A stretch of 64,000 nt of DNA from Lingula anatina (taxonomy: Eukaryota > Animalia > Brachiopoda), in contig CM120643.1 in the NCBI GenBank assembly GCA_051362555.1, positions 26,168,848 through 26,232,847 on the forward strand, read 5' to 3'. The notes below the pieces were generated by a model. It saw nothing but the letters and a program-made list of their open reading frames with translations, was not told where the DNA came from and did not search any database. Below, in pieces: positions 50,238-64,000 of the stretch (within the stretch, counting starts at the first letter, position 1; each line of letters begins with the position of its first letter). The position numbers were made by a program, and so were the translations under genes.

Positions 50238-53200
50238 ACAAAAACTGACTTTTTTCTAGCTTTAATAAATCAAACCGATTTCTATAATTCTGTCTGCCAT
50301 TTGCATTTGTCAAAGTCTGTTATCGTAAGATGTAGATAACACGTAACTTTGTGAAGAGATATCTAAAAGTCAGAGAGTAAAATGATAATTGTGGACAGGA
50401 AATATATATTGACACAGCTGAAAAGTCCTGCGACTTATGTTTTATTTGTTTCCCTTTGCCTACCAATTCATATCGCCCAGTATTTTCCAGTAGAATTCTG
50501 CGCAGCACGCTAAGGCAATAGGGAAAAACAACTCGCTTCAGAAATCCATTTCGCCATATATGGCCTCTCTCCGTCGTTGAGAATTTGGCCGCCGTCACTT
50601 CGTAAGAAATCTTTAAAATTAAGTTTGTTACAATGACATTTTTATTCTTTACTGGTCTTTAAAAATCTTTTTGATAAAGATTAAATTATATTAAACATTT
50701 TATCGCTCTTGTGTCGAAAGCGGCGATTTTTCAGTCCTTTGCCTTGCTCGGATGAAACAGTTTACGCTAGGTAGTGACAGGCAACTTTCGCTCTCGCCTT
50801 ATCGATCATACAATTATCAAAACGAACAAATAGTTTATTCCAGTTTTATAATATATTTGCTACTATAAAACATCTTATCGTGATCATTCCTTCATTCCTA
50901 TTCTTACAAGACTGTAGTTTAATGCTAGAGATTTTCGCAGACTCTGCTTAGTTGGTCGTAGTGTATTTCTAAGTCTAAGAAAAAAGTTGAAGTCACACTG
51001 ATGTCGAAATCTAGTGTAAATAACGGAAAATTTTGTCTTTCTACTTTAAAACGACATTAACTAGAATGCCGATGGGGAATTTCAAACGTTGATTTAAGAC
51101 TGTTTTTGTCCTCTGAGTAAAAATAGTTTAACGGCAAAAGGCCAGATAATTCTAATGTTTAAAAGGTTCCTTCTCCGCGCGAGACTTCTGTACGACTATT
51201 TGTCTTTTTTTAATATTCTAGATCTCTTCATATGATATATATTTTCAAAAGAAGTAACTGAAAAGAAGAAAAAGCCCTTTATTGAAAAGTATCATAATAG
51301 GCACAAAATTACAATAAAGAAATAGCAGAGCAACTTTTTTCTCAGCCTGAATTTCTTTTCTTTTCATTCTTGTTACATCGATCTAAAAAAGTTCGATAAT
51401 GAATGAAAATGCAGTCGTATCTCTTTGAATATTCATCGTGTTGTTTCAATCAGGCTCTGGTAGGAGGAATGGAATTCAGATATACAAATAATTCTCATTT
51501 TGCGTTGACATTAAGGTGACAATAAAATATATAAAGATAATGCGTTTTTAGAGAAACAAAAACAACAATAAAAAAACATTTTAGTTAACTTTTATTCTAG
51601 TATAGTGAAAAATTTTAGGTGCAAAAATATTTTATCGTCTTGCTCCAAGGTAGTGGATAAAATTGTGACAGCATCATAAAGCAAAAGTTGCCATTTTGAA
51701 ATGTTAACTATTACTATATATTATCCTCCTAGAGAAATATTTTCGATAATATCGCAACCGGTAATTTGTAAATTTTAACATTCTTATCTGTTTGCTCTTT
51801 AGTAAAAACGACATTCAATTTATTCTACGTGTTAAGTTAAAGCACTGGCACTATTTTATTTTTGGTTCAGTAGAAAGAAAAGAAAATGTGTCTGGCTATC
51901 CTCAATATGAAACAAAAACTCACTTATTTTTCTATTTTTCCATGAAATTCAATTCAGAAAAATATGGTATAAAAATATATGCTATATGCCGTTAATAAAG
52001 CCGGCCTGAGTAAAACTGTTTGTGTCGAACTGGCGAACATTCCAACACGTGAGATTTGACATTTTCTAAAGGTTGTCCTTAAATACGAGGGGGGAAGGGT
52101 CGGGTTCGCAACGCCAAGACCTAGGATTGTATATTTTTCCTTAAAAGGAATCAACTTACTTCCCTCATTGTTTCAACACACAAACACTATCCAAAAACCT
52201 CATTAAAGAATTAGAGCGACGCAAATACCTAACAAGGTATATCACGGCGCCTGGTACTGCCAGTGGTGACATTTTGGTTCCAAATCAAAAGGTCCAAAGA
52301 GAAGATCGAACTTCTGAACTTCGGCAATATCTACCCGATGTGGGATGGGAAAATGCGCTTTTTTCAGCACGCAACTGAGCCGACAGGGTGGATGGTTCCT
52401 CACCCGAAAGACCCTGCGTGTCAGTCAAGTTGGGTGAAGTGACGGTGGCGTCTGGTACAGACATATCATACATTACGGCGGTTTATCTTTTAAATTGCTG
52501 GGGCCGGGGTTGGGATTGTGTTCATTGTGGTAGTTGAGCTGGGGGAGGAGCAGGTGCCGCTTACCGTTTGTTTTCAAAATATACATTCAAGGGATTTGAC
52601 CAACCTTCGTGGCTTTGATGTGTATTTAAGCTCTTTAAAATGATGTTCTCTTGATTCAATTTCACGGCCACGCAAAGGTTTTAATTTTCTCGTGTAGGTA
52701 AAAACGCGCTGTGTGATGCACAAAAACGTGGTGCGTTTGTGTTAAGAAAAAACAGGTTCTTTATAGCAAGCAGGCTTAGTTATGAAAGAGAGTGACGCGT
52801 TTGTGATGATTTTTTATGAAAAATGATTAAGTTTTGCTGTTTGAATAAACGTGATGATTCGATATGTACAACATTTTGTTGCACTTATTTAAAATTTTTG
52901 TTTTTGATTTTATATTTCACAACATGGTTGCTCTCGCTCCCTCCCAGGAAGAAAGAGGCGGCGTTATATTCTCAGCAACGCAAGGTGCCTCAGATGCCAT
53001 CCATTCTCTTGAAAATGGAATGTTTTTCGCTTTGAGTCGGGGGGGGGGGGGGGGGGGGGGGGGGGGAGGGCAGGTCAAGAGATAGATGTCGATTTTGCCA
53101 GCGTAATGTCAAGTCTACAAACACTTATCTTCCTGTTTTGTTTTTTCTTTCCTGGGCGATAGTTGTGCAGAAAATGTTATGATAATTATATCATCATCGA

Positions 53201-56200
53201 CAAAAAATAGTGCATTTTTGTTTTCTATCTTTTTTATATGTACACTTTTTGTCAGTGGGACCGTTTTATTTTTTTCTTTTCATTTAATCACTTACTAGTA
53301 AGTCTTAAATTCTTAACTGATATATCCGTCTTCATTTAAATTAAGGTAAAGTGACAATAATTAGGAAACATCCGCGAAGAATCTTGAAGGTCTGTTACTT
53401 ATTAGGGTGAGAATTTGCCTGCTTTTCGGGCGGGTTTTACTTGTGATCAAATTATCAGTTAATCTAATTTCTTTGCAATCATTTCCTCTTGCAATGATAA
53501 GTATCTGGTCATTGTTTGTAGTACTTTGCCAAAGCGTAAGAGGGTGCCAATGATACGACTTAAAGAGAAAGAACAGGAAGATGGCCCGATGGGGATCAAG
53601 GGTGAAAGAAGGCTTAAAATCCTTGCACCTTTTATGTAAAAAGAACATCTCTTTTCAATTACCTCCTTTTCTACCACTGCATCAGAGTCATCTCTTGAGA
53701 TGCTATTATTGAAAAAAATGCGATGAAAGAGAAGAAAAGAGGTAGAGAGTGCAGACAGAATGATGACAAAATGGCATACCATATTAAATCTATAATAAAG
53801 CATATTTCTCTGGTGGATTTATTTCAGCACTGTTTTTATCGATTTAAAGACATATTGAGTGTTAGAGGCTGTGGAAGTCATGTTTCATCTTGACCTTACA
53901 GCTTTCCCTTCAGTTTCAGTCGACCTCCACCTCATGAGCTTAAAGTGGAGTTATATTTTATCTCTGAAATTAATTCCGGGCTTTATTCAGCAGAGTTCTG
54001 TCTGACGTTGTGTATCAGATCAAGGTGATCAGACTGATAGAACACGGTATACGGTGCCTTTCTTCTTGGGATACTGCCTTAAGGTGATAAAATCATGCCC
54101 GAAATGCGATTTGTAACCTTGGTAATAAGACAGGCAACGTTAATAGTGTGTGTGTGTGCGCGTGTGTGTGTGTATGTGTGTGTGTGAAATGGATGATTTT
54201 AATCGTTTTGGTACCTCTTCAGAATTTGACAGACGGACAATTGCAGAAATGGTGAGGATACTTTTGGGCGCGTGTACCCCCTACTTTACCTTCTGATTAA
54301 CACCCCTCCCCCTAATTCGTGTAATAAGAAAAGCAGTAAAAGGAATGTAAGGAGACAAAACCAAACAATTCTTCTGTCCCAGTGCCATATTAAAGTAAAA
54401 TAGTCCTCGTCTAATGTCTATTAGCTCCGTTTGGTACTTTTTTTATACTTGCCCCCCCCCCCCCCCCCCCCCCCCAAAAAAAAATTCTGGATCAGCTAGT
54501 GTGAATTATTTTCACTGTTTGGTTTTCTTTCACGGAATATGCTCGTTATAATTTAGACAAGATTCCAATTGCTCTAGTTCACAGATATTTTCGTAATAGT
54601 AAGATCCAAACCTGGCACCATCTTTGACACTTGGAAGTTCTTCAAAGATTTAATAAATCCAGAAAAATCACTTCTCGGTTCAAAGTCCCCTTTAGGTAGT
54701 GTCGCTGATTCAGTTTCAACCACAGATATGGACCCACCTTGACATAGTATGATATTCATAAAGGTTCATTTGAACAGAAGCTATTCACTGAGGATTCATC
54801 CCCTCCAATATTTCACAGCACACACACAAACACACGCACACAAAACGCGCGCGCACACACACGCACACGTACACACGCTTACCACTTGGAGTTCATAGAG
54901 GATACTAATTAGGACTTAACTCAACCCAAAATTTGTCGCCTCCCTTCCCCCCCCCCCCCCCCCCCGCACCCTATTCCGTAGTCTGATACCATGATATTCT
55001 CTTCCTTCTCCCCTCCTCAACCCCCCTCCACCAAACATCCCCCAATCTTCCATTAAGTTGGCACTCGAGGTTCATTATAACGTAACCCCATTCAGAGTTG
55101 CCAAGTCTTGCCGAGGTATTCTTCTCCAAACAAACCTATCTCCCTGCTGAATCGATGACTCAGGCGGCGGGCATCCCCGCTACCGAGCACCGACGTGCTT
55201 CAGGTGTTGGGTCACATCCGCTCTAAGGTGACGCGTGAAATTGACAGTATTGTCAGCGTAATTGACAACCTTGTCGATTTCACACTGAAGTGACAAGAGG
55301 AAGTGCTAGGCCAGAAACGCTGGCAGGCAGGTCCCACGAGAGAAAAATTGGACCGAATGTTGGTTGTGTTCTGATGGCCAAAATTTGAGTGTACTTTGAC
55401 CTGGGAGAAAACAGTTGTGGTCCAATTAAATGAACTATCGTTCCTGTTTTTCAACTAGAAGTAAATGGCCAGTTTTTCAGATCAGCACTTACTTTCATCT
55501 TTTTTACAGGCGAATTTATCCCGAGTTCGAAGAGACCAAAATTTCGGTCTGCAGTTCTCCTGTGTGACTTATCCCTGGTTCCACACAAATGATGTTTGTG
55601 CTCTCATCGAGGTCCGTTCTTTCCTGTCACGTGCAGAATTTGAGTGAAAAGTATTTGTGAAGATGATGTCGGATTACCGCTTTTATCTTACGACAGGAAT
55701 GTGAGGATGATCGCTTTTTTATGTGGATTCTTTCTTTTGTCTAACATTCAATTACTCATCTTACACTTACGAATGTTGATATTTAGCAGGAAGTCGTTAG
55801 TACATTTGGTTTCTATTTTCTTTCAAACACGATGATCGTTGTGACAATTTAAGTTCTGTCTGAATCATGCTATCTCATTCTTTGTTTTACATGCTGGCTT
55901 GGAATAAAGTTTCGTTTATTTGGCGCAATATTGCTTTAGATAATTAAAATTAAAGCATATATAAACCGCAACATTTTGAGTATAAATTCACATATACACG
56001 GGCGAGAATAAAATCGCTATAACATACCTTTCTTCTTTGTTTTTTTTTTCTGTTTGTGAAACTGCGATACATCTTGCATACCTTGCGTTGATTACTTTAA
56101 TGTGTTACAAAACAAAACATCAAGTGCAAATTTTCAGAGAAAATCATATCATGTTTGAAACAGTGTTTGTTAATTTCATTTTTGTTGTTGTTTGTTTTTC

Positions 56201-56781
56201 TTTTATTTATTACAGTGCTGTTTATTTTCAAATGTTTATGTGCTTACGTGCACGTACATTTGGCAAGTCTTAAATTCAATTTATATTTTCTTTTTTTTTC
56301 TTATCTGGCTGCGTACATGAGAACGTAATGAGAAACACTGCAAGAATCTTCAGCGTTTCACAATACAGTTTCTTTCTCATTGACATCAACTACTGATCAC
56401 TGTGTAGTGTTGATAATAAACCAAAACATAGACTGAGTCGACAAAACAAGACATCATCCGTTTTTATCCAATGTTGTTGACAGTGACTTTCAGTTGCCAC
56501 AATTCTGAAACAGAATTTTTTATCTTCCTTTATCGATGTTAATGTCAATGTTTATTTTGATAGTGCGTTGAAAGTAAGGAAGAATTCGTCGTCAAGTAAA
56601 AATCTTTTTTTTTTTTGTTTGTTTGTTTGTTTTCGCTATTTCTTCTTCATGTGTTCTTGTTATGAATTGGATCTCTCTTTTCATCTGAACTGCCTAAAAA
56701 CTTGCATAAAACACTGGGATGGGTTTTTCTCTTATGTCCATAAATTTTATTTGAATGCTGAACATGACATGCATTTCATAC

Positions 56782-56823
<42 letters not shown>
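56782..56823. repeat. Compound (GT)n(GA)n microsatellite; (GT)n also at ~54145-54186 and (CA)n at ~25872-25902
   Basis: Seen directly. Confidence 0.9.
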
Positions 56824-59800
56824 ATGTGGGAGGGTGAGAGGAAATAACTTTTATTAAGCAATATATATTACATTACAAATAACCTCTGTTACTGACTTCT
56901 TGATGACTTCTAATTTCCAGACAGTGTTCCCCGCTTCGATTTCATTCTGGGTAATTTTTACAAGATTTCGTTTTAGAAAAGATAGAGCATACAGCGTCGG
57001 TTTGATTACATTTCCCACAAAGTTACCTGTTACGAAAATCTACTTGGGTATAATTTGAACACCTGCGGGTTTCAACTTAAAACAATTTCCGTCACTGGTA
57101 CCTTCAATGAGAGGAGAGGGAGGAGAGAGGTAAGGTCTTCAAATTCCCACTCCTTCAAATAAACGCGATGATGTTGAAAGCTTTAAGAGAATTTCACTCA
57201 ATAGACAATGCGTTTAAGTCAATTCACGTGTTCTAGTGGCCCGGGTCTTCCTACAATGTGGAACACTTTATTTCTGTCCTTAGAGTCGTCTTTGATGTCG
57301 GAATTGACGTACATGTCTGTCTTTAACAAGGAACGCCACAAATCGAATTATCGTCTTCTCTACCGCTCGTAGCGGGGGCTTAACGAGCCCTAACAGCTGA
57401 GTGAGCGTTTGAAAAGTAAGCACCCCGCGAAACATTGAAATCTAAACTTCATTGACAGAGACCGAGGCCGCTGAAAGTAAATATATTTGACAGCGCTAAC
57501 AAGGGGAATCCCTGCCATTGATACCGGTTCACGATCTGCTGGCTCATGGAATTAATTATAACTGTAAAGATCGGGGAAATTTTGGAAAAGGGAGTGTGTG
57601 TGTACCAAACGTTTTCTCTTCGCCACCTGGAGGGAGAGAGCAGCGTTTCTACCGCGTCCGCCTGCGGAAGTCGTTTCTTGAATTTCAACCTCACTTTTAA
57701 CTGCCAGCGAGGATGCCAGCAAACGCTACCAGAGGCTTTTGGTGTGCCTGACGCGATAATGAGCGCCAGGCCTTGTTCTGTGTTGTTTTTATGAAAAATA
57801 TCCACATATTCGCTCCGGCATCTCGCTTCCCGCAACTCACCAATTATACCCCTCCAAGATAGAAGGCTCGGTTTCCAATTAAAACGGCCTCTGAATTTTG
57901 CACCAATTATCAGTAGTGTGTTATTCAATTTTTGTCTTCCCTCGTGTAGCTTTCAGCCTTCGGGAACCCTGCTAGTCTGCTAAAAAGCACGCCGCTGTTT
58001 TCAGCAATCTAATTCAAGAGATTTGGGTTTTGCAAACGTTTAGCCGGCTAAATTGTGAGTCTTTACGCCCTCTCTACAACACTCGGTAGCCGCGGTATAA
58101 TGTAACAGCATTTGTTTGTTTGGAAAAACTAATCGATCTCAATATCTTATTTAGACCTTCACGGGTAATTATTCCGAACACTAAAACGATAGGTAGTTTA
58201 TTTTCTTTCATTGCTGATAGTGATTGCTTTGGTTGCGGTCCGGTTTCTCCGTGTCACGTCGTGACGGCATTGACAGGTGCTGACCTCTGGTGGAGAAAAC
58301 CGCACTGGCCCGTTTAGCTTCCAGCGCCATTCAGCCGTGTCATTAGGTGCTCAATTGCCAATTATTCTATTACGCCCTCTCTTCGATTTGTTTTTCGTGC
58401 AGCAAATATACAATAATCATTACTTGTCCTGACATTCGTTAAGAGCAGATGACAGAGGTTAAAGAGAAGGTGGGGCAAAGTTTAGGAAAAACACCAAAAC
58501 ATGATCTCGATTTTGGGTGAAATTTCTTTGCGATATCTTAAAATGATTCCGCGCGTCAAAAAGAATTCGCGGACAAAAAATTGCCATCTCGGTATTTTAT
58601 TTGAGACTAGTTTGACTCAATAGACCTTTGCCAGCTTTACCAGCCTCTTGGTTCACGGGGTCTATTCAGCCCGTCAAATTAAGCCTGGTAAAAGGGACAA
58701 TTATTCGGAATCTGGAACTCCCAACTTGTTGGGTCTCACATGGCACGCCATTGTGTTTTTGGCCTGGTCTCCTCCCCATAATAAATAGTATTGAAATTTT
58801 GAAAATGAGTTTTGAATCCGTCCTATCAAGAAAATCAACTCGGATGATTGCTCCCTCAGTACTTTGATCAATTGCAGCATGGGGGAAATTGTAAAGCTTT
58901 TCACTCAGAGCTATGCAGGGTGAACGCAGTTGGTTTATTTGCTTCAGCTTCGCCGTGCTAGCAATTAAGTTTGCAACTCTTAAAATAAATTATGCGCCAC
59001 CGTTTTGAATAGAGTAAGAAAACCTATTAAATATCTAATAGGAGAAAAAGGTTGACCCTTGTAAAAGTCGAGAGGTGGAGGGGAGGGTGAGGGGAATTGA
59101 AAGTGCTGCTGGTGTTAAAGAAGCTCTTAACGCCACACTAGCCGCGGTCTATGGGACTCGACCATTCTAATGAATTGATATACAACCCACACTGCCATGC
59201 AGAATAAAAAGAAATTGTCGTTCACTCCTCCAAAAGGCGCTATCAAATTTTCCAATTGCCCTTGGCTCAAAGAGACTTTTGAGAGTTTTTAATTCAAACC
59301 CATTCAAGTGTGGGTTAGAGGTTGCGAAGGTGTTGTATAGCAAGGAAAAACCGACAAGTTTTCTCCCTGTAGTAGACAAATGAGGCCATTACTCACTAAG
59401 AACCGGGGGTTTCTTCCCTTTTCTTCGACCAATGAACCAGAGAAATATTCTCCCTTATTCAGAGGACCGTGTAATCTCTCCAGCTATTCGAGATCGAAGC
59501 ATCTGGGTGTGGGCAATTCTCCTTTCGATCGAAACCCCCGTTTTCTTACCGTTAAACAAGCCCTAGTAGTCATTTCGGGTCCAGCTAGGAGTTCGGCTGC
59601 CTCCCCGCTAATAACTCTTCCCCTAACCACCGATGATATATTTTCTTTTTCCACTAAGTGAGAATTCAACATGTTTCTATCATTGGTAAAAATAACAGTT
59701 TGTAGTTCGGTTGAAGGGGGAGAATTGTTGAGTTTACACAATGATATATTTTTTCTTTGCCTTTTTTTCACCGGATGAAAAGTCGTCTAACTTGGTATGG

Positions 59801-62800
59801 TACCAAAAAAAGAAAAACAGTTTGCGTTCGTGTTGAACGTGTTAATGTCAGACTGCTAGGCCTATGACCAGACGCCCGAGGTCTTTTTAACAGAGGGGAG
59901 GGAAGAGAAGAAATGGAGGAGGGATTGGAGGAGGGGCCGCGTAATTGAAAATCTTTATCCTAGCAATTATTCTTCCCTCATAACCGTTCTAATGACATGC
60001 CCTACTCTTCAGTGCGGATTTGGTCCATTTCTCTCTACACATCCCTGCCATTCGCTCGGGCGAATGAGGCCGCATCATCTTTATTTACTTAACAGTTTCT
60101 AGCATTTATCGCATTTAAGGCCTATGTAGAGTTCCTTCTTTTTTACACCGAGCAAGTACCGTCAATTATTGGGTGAAAACGTGATAGGGGAGAGATGGGG
60201 GGCGTCGGTGCTCGGCAGTTAACTCGCCGGCTGTGGTATGTACAAAGTGACAAGTTTTGGGCGCGAGACACGATGTAGCCGCGATATACCTGCGGCCTTT
60301 TGCTCTCTTCGCGTCTCAGTTTTCGCATTACTTCAGCGATTCAACACCCGTGTTCAACGCTAGTCAAAATTCCGCACGGATCCAATGATGCCTCCATCTG
60401 TGCCAAGAGCTGCGGCAGCGAAAATAGAGATATTCACTCGCTTAAAAGCTTGCTTAATATACCTTTCAATTGCCGGGTGATGCCGTGAGTGTGTGTTCAC
60501 TTCCGTGTGCCGTGCCCGTTTTAAGTCTGGCGTGTTTTTTATTACGATAACAAGATCGAAACACCAGATTTTATACACTGTAATTAAGTTGTGTTGATAG
60601 TGGTAAAAATGCATCATCTCCATGTGACAAGCTCGCCCTCGCGAGACGTCTTCGTATCATGACGTGAAATCTACAAGTTGTATCTTGTAAGTTTCGCTAG
60701 TCGCTTTAAGAGGCTGTTTATTTGTCTGTTTGTTGTTTTAGTTATTACAAAGATGCGAGAGCAAGCAGACGAGCTGTTGAAAGTGTACGTTAAACCCACA
60801 TCACTTATTTTTTCAGCAAATAGTTGATAGTTCTCCATCGGTCCGGCCACCTGATCGGGCAAAATGCACTTGGAGTGTTCAAACTCTTCACGAGCAACAA
60901 TACTAAATGTTTTGGTCTGTGTTTTTAAACATTCCCCCTTAAATTGGGCCCGTGTTTAAAAGGGTCGGCCGTCAGTTTACGCGTAGAGACGCTTGATGGT
61001 TTAACCCGATACGTCTTGAAATCTCTTACTTTTCAAGATCATGTGTTATTACCGGCTATTATATTGGCTAATGTTTAGAATAGCGGTGTAGAAGAGATTT
61101 ACGTGCGCGACCTCTGACACTGGCAGCAGTTTCTCTTCTAAGATTTATGACTGGTTTTTTGGAGCAAGTTGGAGAAGTTACCAGAAATATTGCCTTTCCG
61201 AATTCTAGGCTTCTAGGCTTGAATTTTCTATGAAAATTTAGGGTTAACGCTGGAATTAAAACCAATTATCAAGGATGTGTCTTGTCTCTTCACGGAAAAG
61301 TACGGTGCACCCCTAGTTAAATTAGATGATTTAAAAAATCAATTTATTCATATTCATATTTATTCATTAACATTCAACCTTTGAAGAAACTTAGAGTATA
61401 TTATTAACATCATAAACAAGGCAGTTCAGAAACATGCTCGCAATGATTTCTTCAGGCACCTGACGTCAAAAACTTGAAATCATACTTGATTTTTTTTATC
61501 GCCACTTCGTCGTAATATCCCCCGAGTTCACGCGTGCGTCATTGAGGGTTTTGTCGGTTGCCAGTAGAGGCGGCGCACCTAGCTTTGGAATTGTTCTGTC
61601 ACCTTTCTGCTCTTTTCCTGCTTTCCCCACACTGAGCCGTCCCCTCTGCCACCCCTACCGTGTGGAGAACAGCCAAAACTGGTCGTCGAGAGCTAATGTG
61701 ATGCGGCCCACATGGCGGTTTCGGAGAACTTGTAAAATCTGTCAGACTGTTTCACAGGTGCTGGTTGGCTTTCTGCTCGTCCTCATTATACAATATAAAA
61801 ATATTTACATGATAATTATGAGGATGTTTGTAAAATTATGACAATGTTTGTTTTCAACACTCAGTTTGTCATTTAAATTTTTTAATTCAAAAATTTTTCG
61901 TTAAATGATATATTTTTCGAGCTAAATTTTGCATAGCAAACTAGAAAAAAAATCATCAGCTTTGAATCCTGTGTAATATAAATAACGATCCTTTTCCTCC
62001 CACCGCTGTGAAGTTGACATTTTAACAATTATTACGAGTATCGCCTTATTTCCTGATGAACAATTTATATAAATATCCCACCCACATTTCACACCATTAA
62101 TTTTCAACCATATTGTTCCGCCCGTGTTAAATTCAATTCTTGTAAATATTTTAAATAAAATCAACAGAGGATTATTTGACTCCATGGTAAAATTTAGAAA
62201 CAATGCTTATTTTGTCGCTTCAAGAGGAGATATTGATAATAATAATAATAATAGTAATAATAATATTAATGAAGGTTTTTAGCGCTAAATGATACATTGT
62301 TAAATTTCACAGCTCTCGACAATACATATTCTTATACAGAATACATTAATTATAAAAACTACAAATATTGAAAACGACAGTTGTGTATATCAGGCATATT
62401 AATCCAGCATTTTTATCTGGCATATACAATTATTGCATAAAATATCTGACGCGAAAATGCTTCATTTCAACTAAGTCAAACATTTAGCATTTCACTTCGT
62501 TAGAATCTATTTTACTCGGGTCATAGATCTTTGTCAAAATTGCTCCGTTATCAATACAAAAGGGAGATGTATAATATAAAGCATTTTCTCGTTCTGTTTA
62601 GCTAGAGAACAACCCCAGCTGATTGTACCCTTATTTGTTCGTGTTGGCGGAATCTAACTGTTTACGCCGTTAACTTCACGCCACGGGAGAATCATTCTGA
62701 AATTACATCCCGAGACTTACTCTTTTAGGAATTAATTAATCCAGGCAGAGTGTGAAAATTTCACTGGACAAAGGGCAAACTTGCGGCTTTCTCCGTTAGC

Positions 62801-64000
62801 CCTTCTGGGCACTACGGTGTGAAAGGCCTCATTGTGCCCATGGTAAGACGTTTACCCAGGCTTTTTAAGCTAAATACAAAAGCGACACTTCACAAAAACG
62901 GGGGAAACAACATTAGTGCGCATTTAATATCGCTCACACAACGCCTTGTACATTTCACCCTTTATTCCTTGTCGATTTCAGGCATTTTTATGTAACTTTT
63001 AACTTCCTCGTGAACAATGGCCCCTGAAAACAACAGTGAAAGAAACACGGTTTCATTTTTCATGTCTGGAAAACAATTTCATGGCAAGGACGAAGAGAGC
63101 GAGGTGGAACACGTTGTAAATCGTTCGCTCTCACAGTGGAAAATAACAATCTAATTTCAGGTTTGCTGTATCACGGCACAGGAGTGGGTTTGGGGGTCCC
63201 CCAAAAAGCCCTGAAAGGTGACGAGAAGTTATTGAAATAGATTTGTCGTGTCGTCTGCTGCGTTGATGATGGGGTGTCCCGCTGGGGAGGTGTAACCCGA
63301 GGTATACAGAGGTATCGGGAAGCGTTCACTTCACCGTGGGGACACAAATTGCAGCACAAAGGAAGTTTAATTCGATAGTCCTCCCTGGGGTAGAGTAGAC
63401 GACGCTTTTGCCCTCTTAAAAAGATAGTTCTTGCGAAGAGAAGAGCTCCAACCTGCAAACAGCCATCGAAATTAATGAGAACCACCCTACCCACTAAATA
63501 TCTGCGAGCTGAAGTCCTCACCTTGTTGTAGTGAGAGGAGAGCTAATTCCAACAATGGGAGAATCAAACAAATTAAATGACACTTGGAAGAAAAGCACGA
63601 GCGATTCAAAATGAGAATAAAGCCATGACCCTTCCGCACAAGAGAAGATTATTACGTTATTAGCCTGCGATGCTTTCAGGTGTCTAAAATTACAATCAGA
63701 GACCAGTGAATTTTGTGAATAATTTACAAAGAGCGAGTTGGCCGTCCAGCGAGGCGTGAATGACTTTCGAAGCACAGAGGTTGCTGATTATATAATTCCG
63801 TTACACATTTCTCTTTGCTGTAGTTAGAAGAGAGAAATGCGCCTAGAAATGACATATGTCTACCTCCAGTGTTGACATCATGTATGCCAAAAGATTCTAC
63901 TAGCAGATTCATATTTATTATATTTATTAGTAACAATTTGCACAATAGACTCGAGCTGAAATACGAAACGATAACAGTGAATTTGAACCAGCACAAGAGG

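Noticed and set aside
53520-53640. Short plus-strand frame containing GPMGIKGER (collagen-like triplets)
   Set aside because: Only three Gly-X-Y repeats and no supporting exons; compatible with chance.
59176-59198. 11-nt match to the miR-34 5' end (TGGCAGTGTGG, minus strand); likewise TTTGGCACTAG (miR-96-like) at ~25317
   Set aside because: The matches stop after 11 nt with no precursor hairpin, and the miR-96-like word is not conserved in the duplicate copy.
40000-64000. Search for FoxC/FoxF/FoxQ1 or other coding exons among the many 60-160 aa ORFs
   Set aside because: No forkhead or other recognisable domain, and the ORFs have non-coding-like composition. Small exons of an unrecognised gene cannot be excluded.

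Overview
AT-rich, intron-containing animal genomic DNA, most likely from a marine invertebrate (lophotrochozoan-like; the taxon is inferred, not proven). No rRNA, tRNA or CRISPR array was seen. (1) An intronless FoxL1 forkhead gene lies on the minus strand (6070-7302). (2) Upstream of it is a tandemly duplicated ~11-kb cassette. Each copy holds a gene with five coding exons for a secreted BRICHOS-domain precursor (signal peptide, BRICHOS, basic cleavage site, 9-Cys peptide; 18624-22603 and 29661-34145), facing a convergent UDP-glycosyltransferase. The second UGT is intact (two exons, 36888-39167, catalytic His replaced by Arg). The first survives only as a 3' stub (26228-26418). (3) A decayed chromodomain-bearing Gypsy integrase lies between the two copies, and MITEs, microsatellites and a 64-bp minisatellite are scattered through the window. 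(4) About 24 kb from ~40 kb onward has no recognisable coding sequence and may be Fox-cluster regulatory territory. The most notable signal is the BRICHOS precursor pair: altered cysteine layout, an odd-Cys near-neutral mature peptide, and divergence between the copies concentrated on the mature-peptide exon. All identity figures are by-eye estimates.
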